A stretch of 64,000 nucleotides of DNA, taken from contig JAOZPE010000013.1 of the NCBI GenBank assembly GCA_029932915.1, forward strand, positions 17 to 64,016. The letters are read 5' to 3'. Below are positions 46,760 through 59,330 of the stretch, piece after piece. The DNA is from Candidatus Krumholzibacteriia bacterium (GTDB taxonomy: Bacteria; Krumholzibacteriota; Krumholzibacteriia; JAJRXK01). Numbering within the stretch: the stretch's first letter is position 1; each line of letters starts with the position of its first letter. Below the pieces are notes generated by a model. The model saw only the letters and a list, made by a program, of their open reading frames with translations, searched no databases and was not told the origin of the DNA. Made by a program: the position numbers and the translations under genes.

Positions 46760-49154
46760 GTTCTTCGTCTTCCACGGCCATTTCTATCAGCCACCCCGGG
46801 AGAATCCGTGGACGGGATTGATCTCCCGCGAGTTGAGCGCGGCTCCCTACCACGACTGGAACGAGCGTATCGACGCGGAATGCTACCGCCCCAACGCCTA
46901 CGGGCGCATCGTCGACGAAGACCGGCGCATCGAGGCGATGGTGAACAACTATGCCCACATCTCGTTCAACGTGGGCCCCACCTTGTTGCGTTGGCTGCGC
47001 GAGTTCGATCCCCTGACCCTGCGGCGAATGATCGATGCGGACCGTGAGAGCGCCCGCCGCAACGGCGGCCACGGCAACGCGATCGCCCAGGCCTACAATC
47101 ACATCATCCTTCCCCTGGCCGATGCGCGTGATCGTTCGACCCAGATCAAGTGGGGTCTGCGGGTGTTCGAACATCATTTCCAACGCCCGGCCGAGGCCGT
47201 CTGGTTGCCCGAGACCGCAGCCAACCACCGCGTCCTCGATGAACTCATCGAGCAGCGGCTGCGCTTCGTGATCCTCGCTCCCCAGCAAGCGGCTCGGGTG
47301 CGTCCTCTGCAAGGCGGCCCGTGGGCGGATGTGCGGGGAGGAATGGTGGACACCACCGTGCCCTACCTCTACCGGCATCGGGACGGCTCCGGGCGCGGTA
47401 TCGCGGTCTTCTTCTACGACGGAGAGTTGGCCCAACGAATCGCCTTCGGTGATGCGTTGCACGACAGCGGCCGTTTCCTTGAACACGTACTCGAGGCCGG
47501 GAAACGATTCGCGGGGCCGTTGGTGCACGCGGCGGCCGATGGCGAGACCGCCGGACACCATCACGCGTGGGGTGACCGCGTTCTGGCGCACACCCTGACC
47601 CGCGCTCTCCCTGCCGAGGGCATTCGTGTCACCAACTACGGTTGGGTCCTCGACCAGATGGAACCCCGTCACGAAGTGGAACTCGATCTGGGACCCGACG
47701 GCGAGGGCAGTTCGTGGTCGTGTCCGCATGGAGTCGGCCGCTGGATCCGCGACTGCGGGTGCAGCATCTCCCACACTCCCGGTTGGAATCAACGCTGGCG
47801 CACCGGCCTGCGCCGGGCGTTCGATGTATTGCGCGATGGGTCGCGTCCGTACTTCGAAGAGGAGGCGGGCAAGCTCCTGGACGATCCGTGGGCAGCGCGC
47901 GACGCCTACGTCGATGTCCTCCTGGACCCGGGCGAGGAGACGCGGCGTGCCTTCCTGCAAGATCAGGGCAAGGGAGATCTGTCACCTTCTGCGCAGGTTC
48001 GGGCGCTCTCATTGCTGGAGATGCAGCATCAACTCATGTTGCAGTACACCAGTTGCGGATGGTTCTTCGACGACATCAGCGGCCTCGAATCGAGACAGGT
48101 CCTGCGCTACGCCGCCCGGGCCCTGGACCTGTGGACCGAGCTCGGAGGCGACCCTCCGGCCCGCGCGTTCCTCGATTTCCTCTCACAGGCCCGCAGCAAC
48201 CGCCCTGAACAGGGTCATGGGGCGGCGATCTTCCGCGACATCACCACCGAGGACACCGTCGATCCGCGGCAGATCCTCGTCCACGCGGCACTTCGGGCCG
48301 ACGAGGACGATCACGACGAGGGATCGGCGGGTGACTGGTGCTGGCGGGTGAAGAACCGCGAGCGGCACGGGAAGAACGGCCGTATCCTGCACACCGGAAG
48401 GGTGGAGGTGCGGCAGTCGCAGACCGGGCGTCTCTACCGTGGTGTGGTCGCCGTCCTCGAGAAGGGTGACCTCGATCTGGACGGTCGGGTTCGGCTGGAG
48501 ATGAGCGAGGAGGACTTCGTCCGCGTGGGCCGGCTTCTCGGTGCGGCGTTGGTGGATGGGGAAGAGGAGGCCGTGCTCGATCAGGAGTTCACCGATCTGC
48601 GCTACAACGCGGAGAGTCTGCTCGGCACGGGAGGGCGGGAACTGCTGGCTCCCATCGTCCAGCGCAGTTACCGCAATTTCCAGGAGAGTCTCTCCGCTCT
48701 CCATCGTGGGCATCGGCACCTCTTGGCCGGAGTGCGCGAGCTGGGACTGGATGAGCCCGATTTCCTGGAGGAACTGGCCCGGGTCTCCCTGGAGGCGGCC
48801 TTGCGTTCCAAGCTGGAACGTGCGCTGGCCGACCCCGATGAGGCCGAACGCGAGGCCATGAGAAGGGCAGTGGACGATGCCCGCCGGGACGGGATCGAAC
48901 TCGATCTGTCCGCCTTGCGGCCCCGCCTGGAAGCGGCACTGGAGGAGAGTCTGCAACGGCTCGATCTGTCACGGGCGTCGCGGCTGTTGGCCCTGGCCCA
49001 GGAGGCGCAGATCCCGGTGTTCCTGTTCCGGGCCCAGGAACGTTTCGTCGAGACGATCCGGCACTATCCCGACCACGACAAGATCCTGAGGGTGGGAGAG
49101 CGATTGGGATTGTCGGAGAGCTTCCTTCTTTCCGTGATGGGAGGTGGAGAATGA
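46752..49154 (+). CDS. GH57 family protein with DUF3536 C-terminal region
   Basis: HGHFYQPPRENPW, WLPETA, ADGETAGHH, SSWSCPHGVGRW, YTSCGWFFDDISG. Confidence 0.85.
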   Translation: MAEFFVFHGHFYQPPRENPWTGLISRELSAAPYHDWNERIDAECYRPNAYGRIVDEDRRIEAMVNNYAHISFNVGPTLLRWLREFDPLTLRRMIDADRESARRNGGHGNAIAQAYNHIILPLADARDRSTQIKWGLRVFEHHFQRPAEAVWLPETAANHRVLDELIEQRLRFVILAPQQAARVRPLQGGPWADVRGGMVDTTVPYLYRHRDGSGRGIAVFFYDGELAQRIAFGDALHDSGRFLEHVLEAGKRFAGPLVHAAADGETAGHHHAWGDRVLAHTLTRALPAEGIRVTNYGWVLDQMEPRHEVELDLGPDGEGSSWSCPHGVGRWIRDCGCSISHTPGWNQRWRTGLRRAFDVLRDGSRPYFEEEAGKLLDDPWAARDAYVDVLLDPGEETRRAFLQDQGKGDLSPSAQVRALSLLEMQHQLMLQYTSCGWFFDDISGLESRQVLRYAARALDLWTELGGDPPARAFLDFLSQARSNRPEQGHGAAIFRDITTEDTVDPRQILVHAALRADEDDHDEGSAGDWCWRVKNRERHGKNGRILHTGRVEVRQSQTGRLYRGVVAVLEKGDLDLDGRVRLEMSEEDFVRVGRLLGAALVDGEEEAVLDQEFTDLRYNAESLLGTGGRELLAPIVQRSYRNFQESLSALHRGHRHLLAGVRELGLDEPDFLEELARVSLEAALRSKLERALADPDEAEREAMRRAVDDARRDGIELDLSALRPRLEAALEESLQRLDLSRASRLLALAQEAQIPVFLFRAQERFVETIRHYPDHDKILRVGERLGLSESFLLSVMGGGE

Positions 49155-51168
49155 ACTCCGACCCACCTCGTCCGAGCGTGCTGTGGGTGAGCCCGGAGGC
49201 GGCTCCCTATGCCAGCACGGGGGGCTTGGCCGAGGTCTCGGGTACGATGCCTCGCCGCATGCACGCGGCGGGTTGGAATGTCCAGCAGCTTCTGCCCTAC
49301 TACCGCACCGTCCGGACCGGCCCCTATCCTCTGCCGATTCTCGAGTCGATTCCGTTCACCATCGAACTGGCCGGCCGGATCTTCGATACCCGCCTGTTGC
49401 GCAGTACCACTCCTGACGGTCTGACCATCCATCTTCTCGAGTGCGACGAGCTCTACGACCGCAGTGGGATCTACGCCGAGAACGGGCACGACTATCCCGA
49501 CAACCACATCCGCTTTGGGGTCTTCGCCAAGGCGGCCTGCGAACTGGCCAAGGCCGAGGGCATCGAGGTGATGCATCTGCACGACTGGACCGCTGCACTG
49601 GCCGTCGTCTTCCTGGGCACCCACTATCGGCAGGATCCCGCCCTGGCCGAGCTGCGGGTGGTCCAGAGCATCCACAACCTCGCCCACCCCGGTTGTTTCC
49701 AGACCCATACCCTCGATGAACTGGGTCTCTCGCGCGAACTCGGCCGGTGGAACATCATGGGTTACCAGGACGAGGTGAGCTGGCTCAAGGGCGGGATCCT
49801 CCTGGCCGACGCCATCCATACCGTCAGTCCACGCTATGCCCGTGAGATCCTCCGGCCGGAGGAAGGGCGGGGCATGGACGCCTTGTTGCGTCTGAGGTCG
49901 GATCGGCTGTGGGGCATCCTCAACGGTATCGACTATTCCGAGGGCGACCCCTGCTGTGACGAGACCCTGCCCGCGACCTTCGATCGCGATCATCTCGAGG
50001 GGAAGAGGGAGTGCAAGCGAGCCCTGTTGAAGGAGATGGATCTCGACGGTGACCTCCGTGATCCCCTGATGGCCTTCGTGGGTCGGGTGGTGTTGCAGAA
50101 GGGTCTCGATCTGCTCCTGGACGCGGCGCCGGCGATCCTGGCCAAGGGGGCGAGGATCATCATCCTGGGCACGGGCGATCCCCGGCTCGAACAGCGCTGC
50201 GTCGAGCTGGCCCGGGCCTACCCCCGGAAGGTGGCCGTCCATCTCGGCTTCGAGCGGGTCCTGGCGCGCCGGCTCCTGGCCGGGGTGGACATGGTGTTGA
50301 TGCCGTCGCGTTTCGAGCCCTGCGGGCTCACCCAGATGCAGGCCATGCGCTACGGGACCATTCCCATCGTGCATGGGGTGGGGGGGCTGGCCGACACCGT
50401 TCGCAACGTCACCGCCTCGTCGCTGTCGTCGGGGAAGGCCACCGGATTCGTCTTCCACACCGAGACCGCGCGGGCTCTGAGCCTGTGCGTCAATCGGGCC
50501 CTGAAACTGTATCGGGACCGGCGCAAGTGGACCCGCCTGATGCGGACGGCGATGGCCCAGGACTGGTCGTGGATGGCGGCCCTGCCGCGCTACGAGGAAC
50601 TCTACCGCAGCCTCTTCGAGCACGAGCCCTGGCGTTTCACCATCGACCTGCCCCTGCCCGGCGAGCCCAGCGCGCGTGAGCCCGATCCCTTCATCGACTG
50701 GGGACCGGTTCTGCCCAGTCGATACGGCGAGGATTCCATCCGTCTGATGGTGCAGTCGCCGACGAAACTCTATGTGTACTGGGAAGTGGCACCGGGGCGT
50801 GCCGAGGGTCCGTTTCAACTGCGGATCGAGCGCGAGGACGGCTCGTGGACCGAGGCGGCGGAGCTGGGCGAGGTCGGCGAGTACTGGATCGATGCCCAGC
50901 CGCATCGGAGTTACCGGGTTCGGATCCTCGATCGCTCGGGACGGGTGGTGTTGCAGAGCAACCCGGTGACGACGCCGCGCGATACCCCCTCACCGCATCA
51001 CGACGCGCATTGGCTCGAGGCCGAGGAGCGCCGCCGCCGCCATCTGGCCGCGCGGCGGAGGATGGCCCGCGCCGCCGGCGAGCCCATTCCTCCCTACGCC
51101 TACGAGGAGATCGCCATCCACGACGGCTCGTCCTCCAACCTGCACCTGCGGTGGAAGCGAGGCCGATC

Positions 51169-51172
<4 letters not shown>
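49151..51172 (+). CDS. glgA: Glycogen synthase (GT5) with C-terminal DUF4912-like extension
   Basis: EAAPYASTGGLA, HLHDW, IHNLAHPG, TVSPRYAREI, QKGLD, MPSRFEPCGLTQ, GGLADTV; tail LMVQSPTKLYVYWEV...SNPVTTP. Confidence 0.85.
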
Positions 51173-52758
<1,586 letters not shown>

Positions 52759-52849
52759 GGAGCGAAGGGCATCTCACTTGCTTGTTCTTGCGGCGAGCGG
52801 ATGAGATGCAGAACCATTCTGGAATCCTGGTTTCAGGCAGGAGACACCG

Positions 52850-55027
52850 ATGCTGATTCCAACCTTGAACGTGGCCGACATCGAGCTGCCCAAGGAACTC
52901 GTGAAACTCTACGACCTGGCCTACAACCTGTGGTGGACGTGGTCCCCGCGGGCACGGCGTCTGTTCAGTGCGGTCGAGGGCGTGGCATGGACGCGCTATC
53001 GCAACCCGGTGGAGATGCTCATCAACGTCGAGCCGGACCACTGGGAGAGCCTCATCGCCAGTGAGACCTTCATGACCACCTATGCCTCGGTCATGCGCGA
53101 GTTCGAGGAGTACATGGCCGAAGAGGAGAGCTCCTGGTATCACACGCGCTATGGGGTGCCGAAGCCGGCACGGGTGGCCTACTTCTCCACCGAGTACGGA
53201 GTGCACGAGAGCCTGCCGGGCTATTCGGGCGGTCTGGGTGTCCTCAGCGGCGACCACTTGAAGGCGGCCAGTGACCTGGGCCTTCCCCTGGTGGCGGTCG
53301 GTTTGCTCTACCGCATGGGCTACTTCAACCAGACGATCGACGCGGATGGCTTCCAGCAGCACATGTATCCCCACTACGACTCCACCCGTCTGCCCCTGAG
53401 GCCGGTGAGCGGTCCGACCGGAAGACAGGTGATCGTTCGCATTCCGTTCCCCGGACGGGAGGTGGCGGCGAAGGTCTGGCTGGCCCAGGTGGGTCGTGTC
53501 CCTCTCCTTCTGCTCGACACCGACATCCCCCAGAACGACCCGTCGGATCGTCCCATCACCAGCATCCTCTACGTGCGGGGCCGCGAGATGCGCCTGGCCC
53601 AGGAACTGGTGCTCGGAGTAGGGGGAGTGAAGGCTCTCGACGCTTTGAGCATCGAGCCGCAGGTCTGGCACCTCAACGAGGGCCACAGCGCGCTGCTGCA
53701 GTTGGAGCGCATCCGGATGACGGCCAAGAAGGAAGAGCTCTCCTTCGACGATGCGTTGCAGACGGTCAAGGCGTGCACGGTGTTCACCACCCATACTCCG
53801 GTTCCGGCGGGGAACGAGATCTTCGACCGCGGTCTGGTGGCGAAGTATCTGGGTCCGTGGACCGAGGATCTGGAGGTGGAACCCCCGGTGCTGCTCGATC
53901 TGGGCAATGCGGACAACCACGCCGGCGAGAACCAGCCCTTCAACATGACCGCGTTCGCGATCCGCACCAGCCGCAACACCAACGGGGTGAGCCGGCTCCA
54001 CGGCCGGGTGAGCAGCAACATGTGGCGGCACCTCTTCCCCGATGCCGGTCCGGACGATCTTCCCGTGGGCTACATCACCAACGGGGTGCACATCTCCACC
54101 TGGCTGGGAATGGAACTGCTGGAGTTGTTCAACCGCTACTTCGGCATCGGCTGGAAGGACCGCCGACTCACCGTCGAAGACTGGAAGGCGATCGACGAGA
54201 TTCCCGACGAGGAGATCTGGCGGGCGCACCTGGTGCAGAAGCGCCGGCTCGCCCGCTTCGTGCGCGTGCGGCTGCGTCAGCAGTTCGCCCGGCACGGGCA
54301 CGGTCCCGACGAACTCCGTGAGCTGGAGAACTGGCTGGACGAGGATATCCTCACCATCGGTTTCGCCAGGCGCTTCGCCACCTACAAGCGGGCCGACCTG
54401 CTCTTCCGCGACATGCACCGTCTGCGCCGGTTGGTGCGCGACGCCGATCGTCCCATCCAGATCATCCTCGCCGGCAAGGCCCACCCCGCCGACCGGCCGG
54501 GACAGGAGCTCATCCAGCACATCTTCCAGATCTCCCGCTCGCCCGACTTCCAGGGCCGGGTGATCTTCCTGGAGAACTACGACATGCGGGTGGCCCGAGC
54601 GCTGGTCCAGGGCGTCGATCTGTGGCTGAACACCCCGGTGCGGCCGATGGAGGCCAGCGGCACCAGCGGCCAGAAGGCGGCGATGAACGGCGCCCTCAAC
54701 TTCAGCGTGCTCGACGGATGGTGGCCCGAGGCCTACGACGAGATCAACGGCTGGACCATCGGGACGGACCGGGACTATCCCGATCGCGACGAACAGGACC
54801 GCGAGGACAGCCTGTCGCTGTACGACACCCTGGAGGAGGCCATCATTCCTCTCTACTATGAACGAGGGGAGGATGGAGTACCCAAGGGATGGGTTCTGCG
54901 CATGAAGGACAGCATGGCCACCATCACGCCGCGCTTCAGCGCCGAGCGGATGGTGCGCGACTACACGGAGAAGATCTACGGGCTGTGCGACGAAATCGAC
55001 GAGACGGCGGTGAAGACCGAGACATGA
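52850..55027 (+). CDS. glgP: Alpha-glucan (glycogen) phosphorylase
   Basis: LAYNLWWTW, YSGGLGVLSGDHLK, HLNEGH, FARRFATYKR, GKAHP, EASGTSGQK (PLP lysine). Confidence 0.95.
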   Translation: MLIPTLNVADIELPKELVKLYDLAYNLWWTWSPRARRLFSAVEGVAWTRYRNPVEMLINVEPDHWESLIASETFMTTYASVMREFEEYMAEEESSWYHTRYGVPKPARVAYFSTEYGVHESLPGYSGGLGVLSGDHLKAASDLGLPLVAVGLLYRMGYFNQTIDADGFQQHMYPHYDSTRLPLRPVSGPTGRQVIVRIPFPGREVAAKVWLAQVGRVPLLLLDTDIPQNDPSDRPITSILYVRGREMRLAQELVLGVGGVKALDALSIEPQVWHLNEGHSALLQLERIRMTAKKEELSFDDALQTVKACTVFTTHTPVPAGNEIFDRGLVAKYLGPWTEDLEVEPPVLLDLGNADNHAGENQPFNMTAFAIRTSRNTNGVSRLHGRVSSNMWRHLFPDAGPDDLPVGYITNGVHISTWLGMELLELFNRYFGIGWKDRRLTVEDWKAIDEIPDEEIWRAHLVQKRRLARFVRVRLRQQFARHGHGPDELRELENWLDEDILTIGFARRFATYKRADLLFRDMHRLRRLVRDADRPIQIILAGKAHPADRPGQELIQHIFQISRSPDFQGRVIFLENYDMRVARALVQGVDLWLNTPVRPMEASGTSGQKAAMNGALNFSVLDGWWPEAYDEINGWTIGTDRDYPDRDEQDREDSLSLYDTLEEAIIPLYYERGEDGVPKGWVLRMKDSMATITPRFSAERMVRDYTEKIYGLCDEIDETAVKTET

Positions 55028-55058
55028 TGACTGCGGTCATGCAGACGAGGGCCCGGCG

Positions 55059-56414
55059 ATGAGTGCGGGCAGGGACGGCGGCCGCCGGCGCAGCGCATCG
55101 TATTGGGAACCCCCGCGTCAGGCCCTGGTGGAGCGGGCGGTGCTTGCCGGCGTGCACATCATGCACGGAAGCGATGGCGCTTCGGAGTGGGTCGATCTGG
55201 ACGAGCTGGAGCGCCTGGCCGACACCGCCGGCGCGGTGGTCGTCGGCCGGCTGGAGCAACGCCGCCTGCGGCCGGACGTCCGCAGTCTGCTGGGGAAGGG
55301 GAAGGCCCAGCAGCTCGAGAAGCTGGTGAAGAGCGTCCACGCCGACCTGGTGATCTTCGACAACGATCTCACCCCGGCCCAGGGGCGCAACCTCGAGCGC
55401 ATGCTGGGCATCCGCGTCCTCGACCGCACCGAACTCATCCTGGACATCTTCGTGCGTCACGCCCGCACACGCCAATCGCGCCTGCAGGTGAGTCTGGCCC
55501 AGAATCAATACCTGTTGCCGCGCCTGGCGCGGATGTGGAAGCATCTGGAACGTCAGGCGGGTGGTATCGGCACGCGCGGTCCGGGCGAGACCCAGATCGA
55601 GACCGACCGGCGGCTCATCCGCCGCCGGATCAGCCAACTACGCCGCGAGCTGGCGGAGATCGACCGCCGCATGGAGACCCAGCACAAGCAGCGCACGCAC
55701 GAATACCGCGTGGCCCTGGTGGGCTACACCAACGCGGGCAAGAGTTCGCTGATGAATCGCATCACCCAGGCGGGTGTCTACGTCGAGGATCAACTCTTCG
55801 CCACTCTCGATGCCACCACCCGACGGGTCGAACTCGAGGGAGGACGCAGTTTCCTGCTCACCGACACCGTTGGTTTCCTGCGCCGGCTTCCCCATCACCT
55901 CGTGGAGAGCTTCCGGGCCACCCTGAGCGAAGTGGACGAGGCCGACCTGCTCTTCCACGTGGTCGATGCCACCGTCGACGACGTCGACGCGCAGATCGAT
56001 GCGGTCGAAGAGGTCCTGAAGGGGGTGTGTACGGGCGAGCCCGAGCAGGTGCTGGTGTTCAACAAGATCGACGCCTTGAACGATCCCAAGTGGTTGGAGC
56101 AGGCGCGGCGGAGTTGGCCGCATGCCTTCTTCGTCAGCGCTCGCCGGGGTGAGGGCGTCGATGAACTGCTGGAGGAGGTGACCCGCCGGCGCAAGCAGAG
56201 CGAGCGGAGCGTCGTCGTGCAGGTCGCCCACGGACACCCTCGCAGTCTCGCCCGTCTGCACGAACTCGGCGAGGTCCTCCATGTCGACTACGAACACGAC
56301 CCTGCCGAGGTGCGCTTGCGGGTGGACCGCGCCAACTACGGTCGCATGGTCCGCCTCCCCGGAGTGGAGGTTCTCGAAGTGAGCCGCGGGAGGATCGGCA
56401 ATCGGGGATCGTAG
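55059..56414 (+). CDS. hflX: Ribosome-associated GTPase HflX
   Basis: DRTELILDIF, RGPGETQIETDRR, GYTNAGKS, LFATLD, DTVGF, NKID. Confidence 0.95.
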   Translation: MSAGRDGGRRRSASYWEPPRQALVERAVLAGVHIMHGSDGASEWVDLDELERLADTAGAVVVGRLEQRRLRPDVRSLLGKGKAQQLEKLVKSVHADLVIFDNDLTPAQGRNLERMLGIRVLDRTELILDIFVRHARTRQSRLQVSLAQNQYLLPRLARMWKHLERQAGGIGTRGPGETQIETDRRLIRRRISQLRRELAEIDRRMETQHKQRTHEYRVALVGYTNAGKSSLMNRITQAGVYVEDQLFATLDATTRRVELEGGRSFLLTDTVGFLRRLPHHLVESFRATLSEVDEADLLFHVVDATVDDVDAQIDAVEEVLKGVCTGEPEQVLVFNKIDALNDPKWLEQARRSWPHAFFVSARRGEGVDELLEEVTRRRKQSERSVVVQVAHGHPRSLARLHELGEVLHVDYEHDPAEVRLRVDRANYGRMVRLPGVEVLEVSRGRIGNRGS

Positions 56415-56519
56415 TCTCCCGGCGCTTCGGCCTGCTTCCCTGCCGTGCCGATGGAGACGCCGGGTGGTGTCCTCGGCTAGGGCTGGCGCTCGAAGGGCGG
56501 GAAGGTTAAGCTCGCGCAC

Positions 56520-57800
56520 GTGGATCCGCTGGACCAGAGCCTGCCCTCACCGAGGCCGTCGCTGAAGCGCAACCGCCGCTTCGCCAGCCTCTTCGCCGCT
56601 GAGACCATCAGCGGCTTCGGTGACCGCATCCATATCTTCGCCCTCTTGTTGTTGGTGCACGTCAAGACCGGCCGGGCCTTCGACCTTGGCCTGTTGGCCA
56701 TCGTCCAGGTGTTGCCGGCGACGGTGCTGGCTCCCTTCGCCGGCTGGGTGATCGATCGGGTCGATCGCCGTCGTCTGATGATCGTGCTCGATCTGTTGCA
56801 GGCCGGCCTGGTCCTGCTCCTTCCCTGGGCGGATGGACTGGGGCAGATCCTGATCATCGCCACCGTGTTGGCGGTGGCCCGCCAGTTCGCCGACCCGGCG
56901 AGGATGGCTGTCCTGCCCGAGATCGTCCGTCCCGACCAGGTGGTCCCGGCCAATGGAATGCTCTCGTCCACCCTGCACCTGTTGTTGATCGTGGGCCCGG
57001 CCGCGGCCGGGCTCATCGCCGGTCGCTGGGGTCTGACCACGTGTTTCCAGGTGGATGCGGTTACCTATGTGCTGAGCGCGGTCACCTTGACCGGTCTGGG
57101 CGCGTGTCCTCCTCCGCTGTCGAGCTCGGCCGGTCGCATCGGTGAGAGCTTTCGTCGCTTCACCGGGGAGATCCGCGAGGGCCTGGGCGTGTTGCTGGGC
57201 GACGGGGCGTTGCGCTTCACCATCGTCTTCTTCGCGGTGGGAACCTTCGTGTCGAGCATGCAGCAGCCGCTGGTGGTGGTCTTCGTCAAGGACCACCTGG
57301 CGGGCAGCGACGCGCAACTGGGTACATTGATCTCGATGATGGGAGTCGGTGGGATCGTGGGCTCGCTGCTCGCCTCGCCGACCCGGCGTTGGATCTCGGC
57401 CGTGCGGGTACTGCCGGTGGCCACCATCGTCGACGGCGCGGCCCTGGTGGCCTTCGCGCTCTCCACGCGCATGGCGCCGGCGATGGCGCTCTTCGGCTTC
57501 TTCGGTCTGGTCGCGGGCCTCTTGCAGGTGCGGGTGACCAGTCTCTTCCAGACCCGGGTGCCCGAGCGCTACCGTGGCCGCGCCTTCTCCTGGCTGGGCC
57601 CTCTGTTCGGTCCCTTGAGTGTGGCTTCCCTGGCCCTGGGCACCTGGCTGGCCGACGTGGTGGGGGTGGTGGGGGTGATCGCGGCCTCCGGGGTGCTGGA
57701 GATCGTCATCGCCCTGGCTGCGTTGGGGTGGCTCGTGAAACGGCCTGCCCTGGCCGCGATCTCCGAAGGGACGGCACTTGGCGAGGAGGCCTCGCCGTGA
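56520..57800 (+). CDS. MFS transporter (DHA3-like)
   Basis: About 12 hydrophobic segments; GWVIDRVDRRRLM motif A; VPERYRGRA. Confidence 0.88.
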   Translation: MDPLDQSLPSPRPSLKRNRRFASLFAAETISGFGDRIHIFALLLLVHVKTGRAFDLGLLAIVQVLPATVLAPFAGWVIDRVDRRRLMIVLDLLQAGLVLLLPWADGLGQILIIATVLAVARQFADPARMAVLPEIVRPDQVVPANGMLSSTLHLLLIVGPAAAGLIAGRWGLTTCFQVDAVTYVLSAVTLTGLGACPPPLSSSAGRIGESFRRFTGEIREGLGVLLGDGALRFTIVFFAVGTFVSSMQQPLVVVFVKDHLAGSDAQLGTLISMMGVGGIVGSLLASPTRRWISAVRVLPVATIVDGAALVAFALSTRMAPAMALFGFFGLVAGLLQVRVTSLFQTRVPERYRGRAFSWLGPLFGPLSVASLALGTWLADVVGVVGVIAASGVLEIVIALAALGWLVKRPALAAISEGTALGEEASP

Positions 57801-57856
57801 ACTGATCGCCGTGACGCCCGCGGGGGCCATGTGCTACCCTCCGCCCTTTCCTGTCG

Positions 57857-59227
57857 GTGGCCTTCGTTCCTTCGTTCCTGGAGTCGTTCATGGCTTCCTT
57901 CGGCCGTTTCTGGGCCGGCGCCGTCGATCTCGCCTGGGGTCCGCCCCTGGTGGTGCTGCTCATCGGGGCGGGACTGTATTTCACCGTCGTCAGCCGCTTC
58001 CTGCCCTTCCGGGCGCTGCGCCACAGTTGGGACATCTTGCGCGGGAAGTACGACCATGAGCGCGATCCCGGCGAGATCACCCACTTCCAGGCCCTCAGCT
58101 CGGCCCTGTCGGCCACCATCGGCATGGGCAACATCTCCGGAGTGGCCATCGCCATCTCCCTGGGCGGACCCGGCGCGGTGTTCTGGATGTGGGTGGCCGG
58201 AGCCGTCGGCATGGCCACCAAGTTCTTCACCTGCACGCTGGCGGTGATGTTTCGCAAGAAGGACGAGAACGGTATCGACCAGGGCGGGCCCATGTACTTC
58301 CTGGAGGTGGGTCTGGGGAAGGCGTTCAAGCCGCTGGCGGTGATGTTCTCCATCTTCGGCATGATCGGCTGTCTGGCGATGTTCCAGTCGAACCAGTTGG
58401 CCTCGCTGCTCGACGCCCATTGGGGGATCAATCCGTGGATCACCGGCATCCTGTCGATGATCTTCGTCGGGGTGGTCATCGTCGGCGGCGTCGTGCGGGT
58501 GGGGCAGGTCACCTCACGGATCGTTCCGGCCATGGTGGTCATCTACTTCGTGGCCGCCCTGCTGGTGATCGTGTCGAGCCACCAGGACATTCCCGCGCTC
58601 TTCGCCTCCATCTTCACCCATGCCTTCGGAAGCCAGGCGGTCGCCGGCGGGGCGGCCGGGGTGGCGTTCAAGCAGGTCGTGGTCACCGGGGTCAAGAGGG
58701 CCGCCTTCTCCAACGAGGCGGGCATCGGGACCGCCCCGATGGCCCACGGGGCGGCCAAGACCACCGAGCCGGTGCGCGAGGGCCTGGTGGCCATGATCGG
58801 TCCGTTCTTCGATACGCACATCGTCTGTACCCTCACTGCACTGGTGATCCTCTCGGCCGGCGGGACCGCCGTCGGCGGCGACGGTGTGGTCATGACCGTC
58901 AACGCCTTCCAGCAGGCTCTGGGCGGGGTGGGCAAGACCGTGCTCATCCTGGTCATCACCCTGTTCTCGGTCTCGACGATGATCTCCTACTCGTACTACA
59001 GCCTGAAGTGTTCGCGCTATCTCTTCGGCTCGCGCTTCGGACACTATTACATCTATGTCTATCTGGCCTCGATCCTGGTGGCCGCGCTGTGGTCGCAGGA
59101 CACGGTGGTGAACATGCTCGACACCGCGTTCGCGATGATGGCCTTCCCCACCCTGGTAGGGGCCCTGCTGCTGTCGCCGAAGGTGATGGCCGCCCTGCGC
59201 GACTACTACCGGAGGATGGGGATCTGA
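57857..59227 (+). CDS. Alanine/glycine:cation symporter (AGCS)
   Basis: ATIGMGNISGVA, GGPGAVFWMW, GGPMYFL, FSNEAGIGTAP, FDTHIVCTLT. Confidence 0.93.
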   Translation: MAFVPSFLESFMASFGRFWAGAVDLAWGPPLVVLLIGAGLYFTVVSRFLPFRALRHSWDILRGKYDHERDPGEITHFQALSSALSATIGMGNISGVAIAISLGGPGAVFWMWVAGAVGMATKFFTCTLAVMFRKKDENGIDQGGPMYFLEVGLGKAFKPLAVMFSIFGMIGCLAMFQSNQLASLLDAHWGINPWITGILSMIFVGVVIVGGVVRVGQVTSRIVPAMVVIYFVAALLVIVSSHQDIPALFASIFTHAFGSQAVAGGAAGVAFKQVVVTGVKRAAFSNEAGIGTAPMAHGAAKTTEPVREGLVAMIGPFFDTHIVCTLTALVILSAGGTAVGGDGVVMTVNAFQQALGGVGKTVLILVITLFSVSTMISYSYYSLKCSRYLFGSRFGHYYIYVYLASILVAALWSQDTVVNMLDTAFAMMAFPTLVGALLLSPKVMAALRDYYRRMGI

Positions 59228-59330
59228 GCGCGTCGTCGTTTCATGAAGCAGCTGCCCGGTCAGCCAAGGTGGCGGCGGGATTGGCGCTTCCGTACCCGTC
59301 CGTTCTTCGTGCCTTCCAAGGAGTTCGATC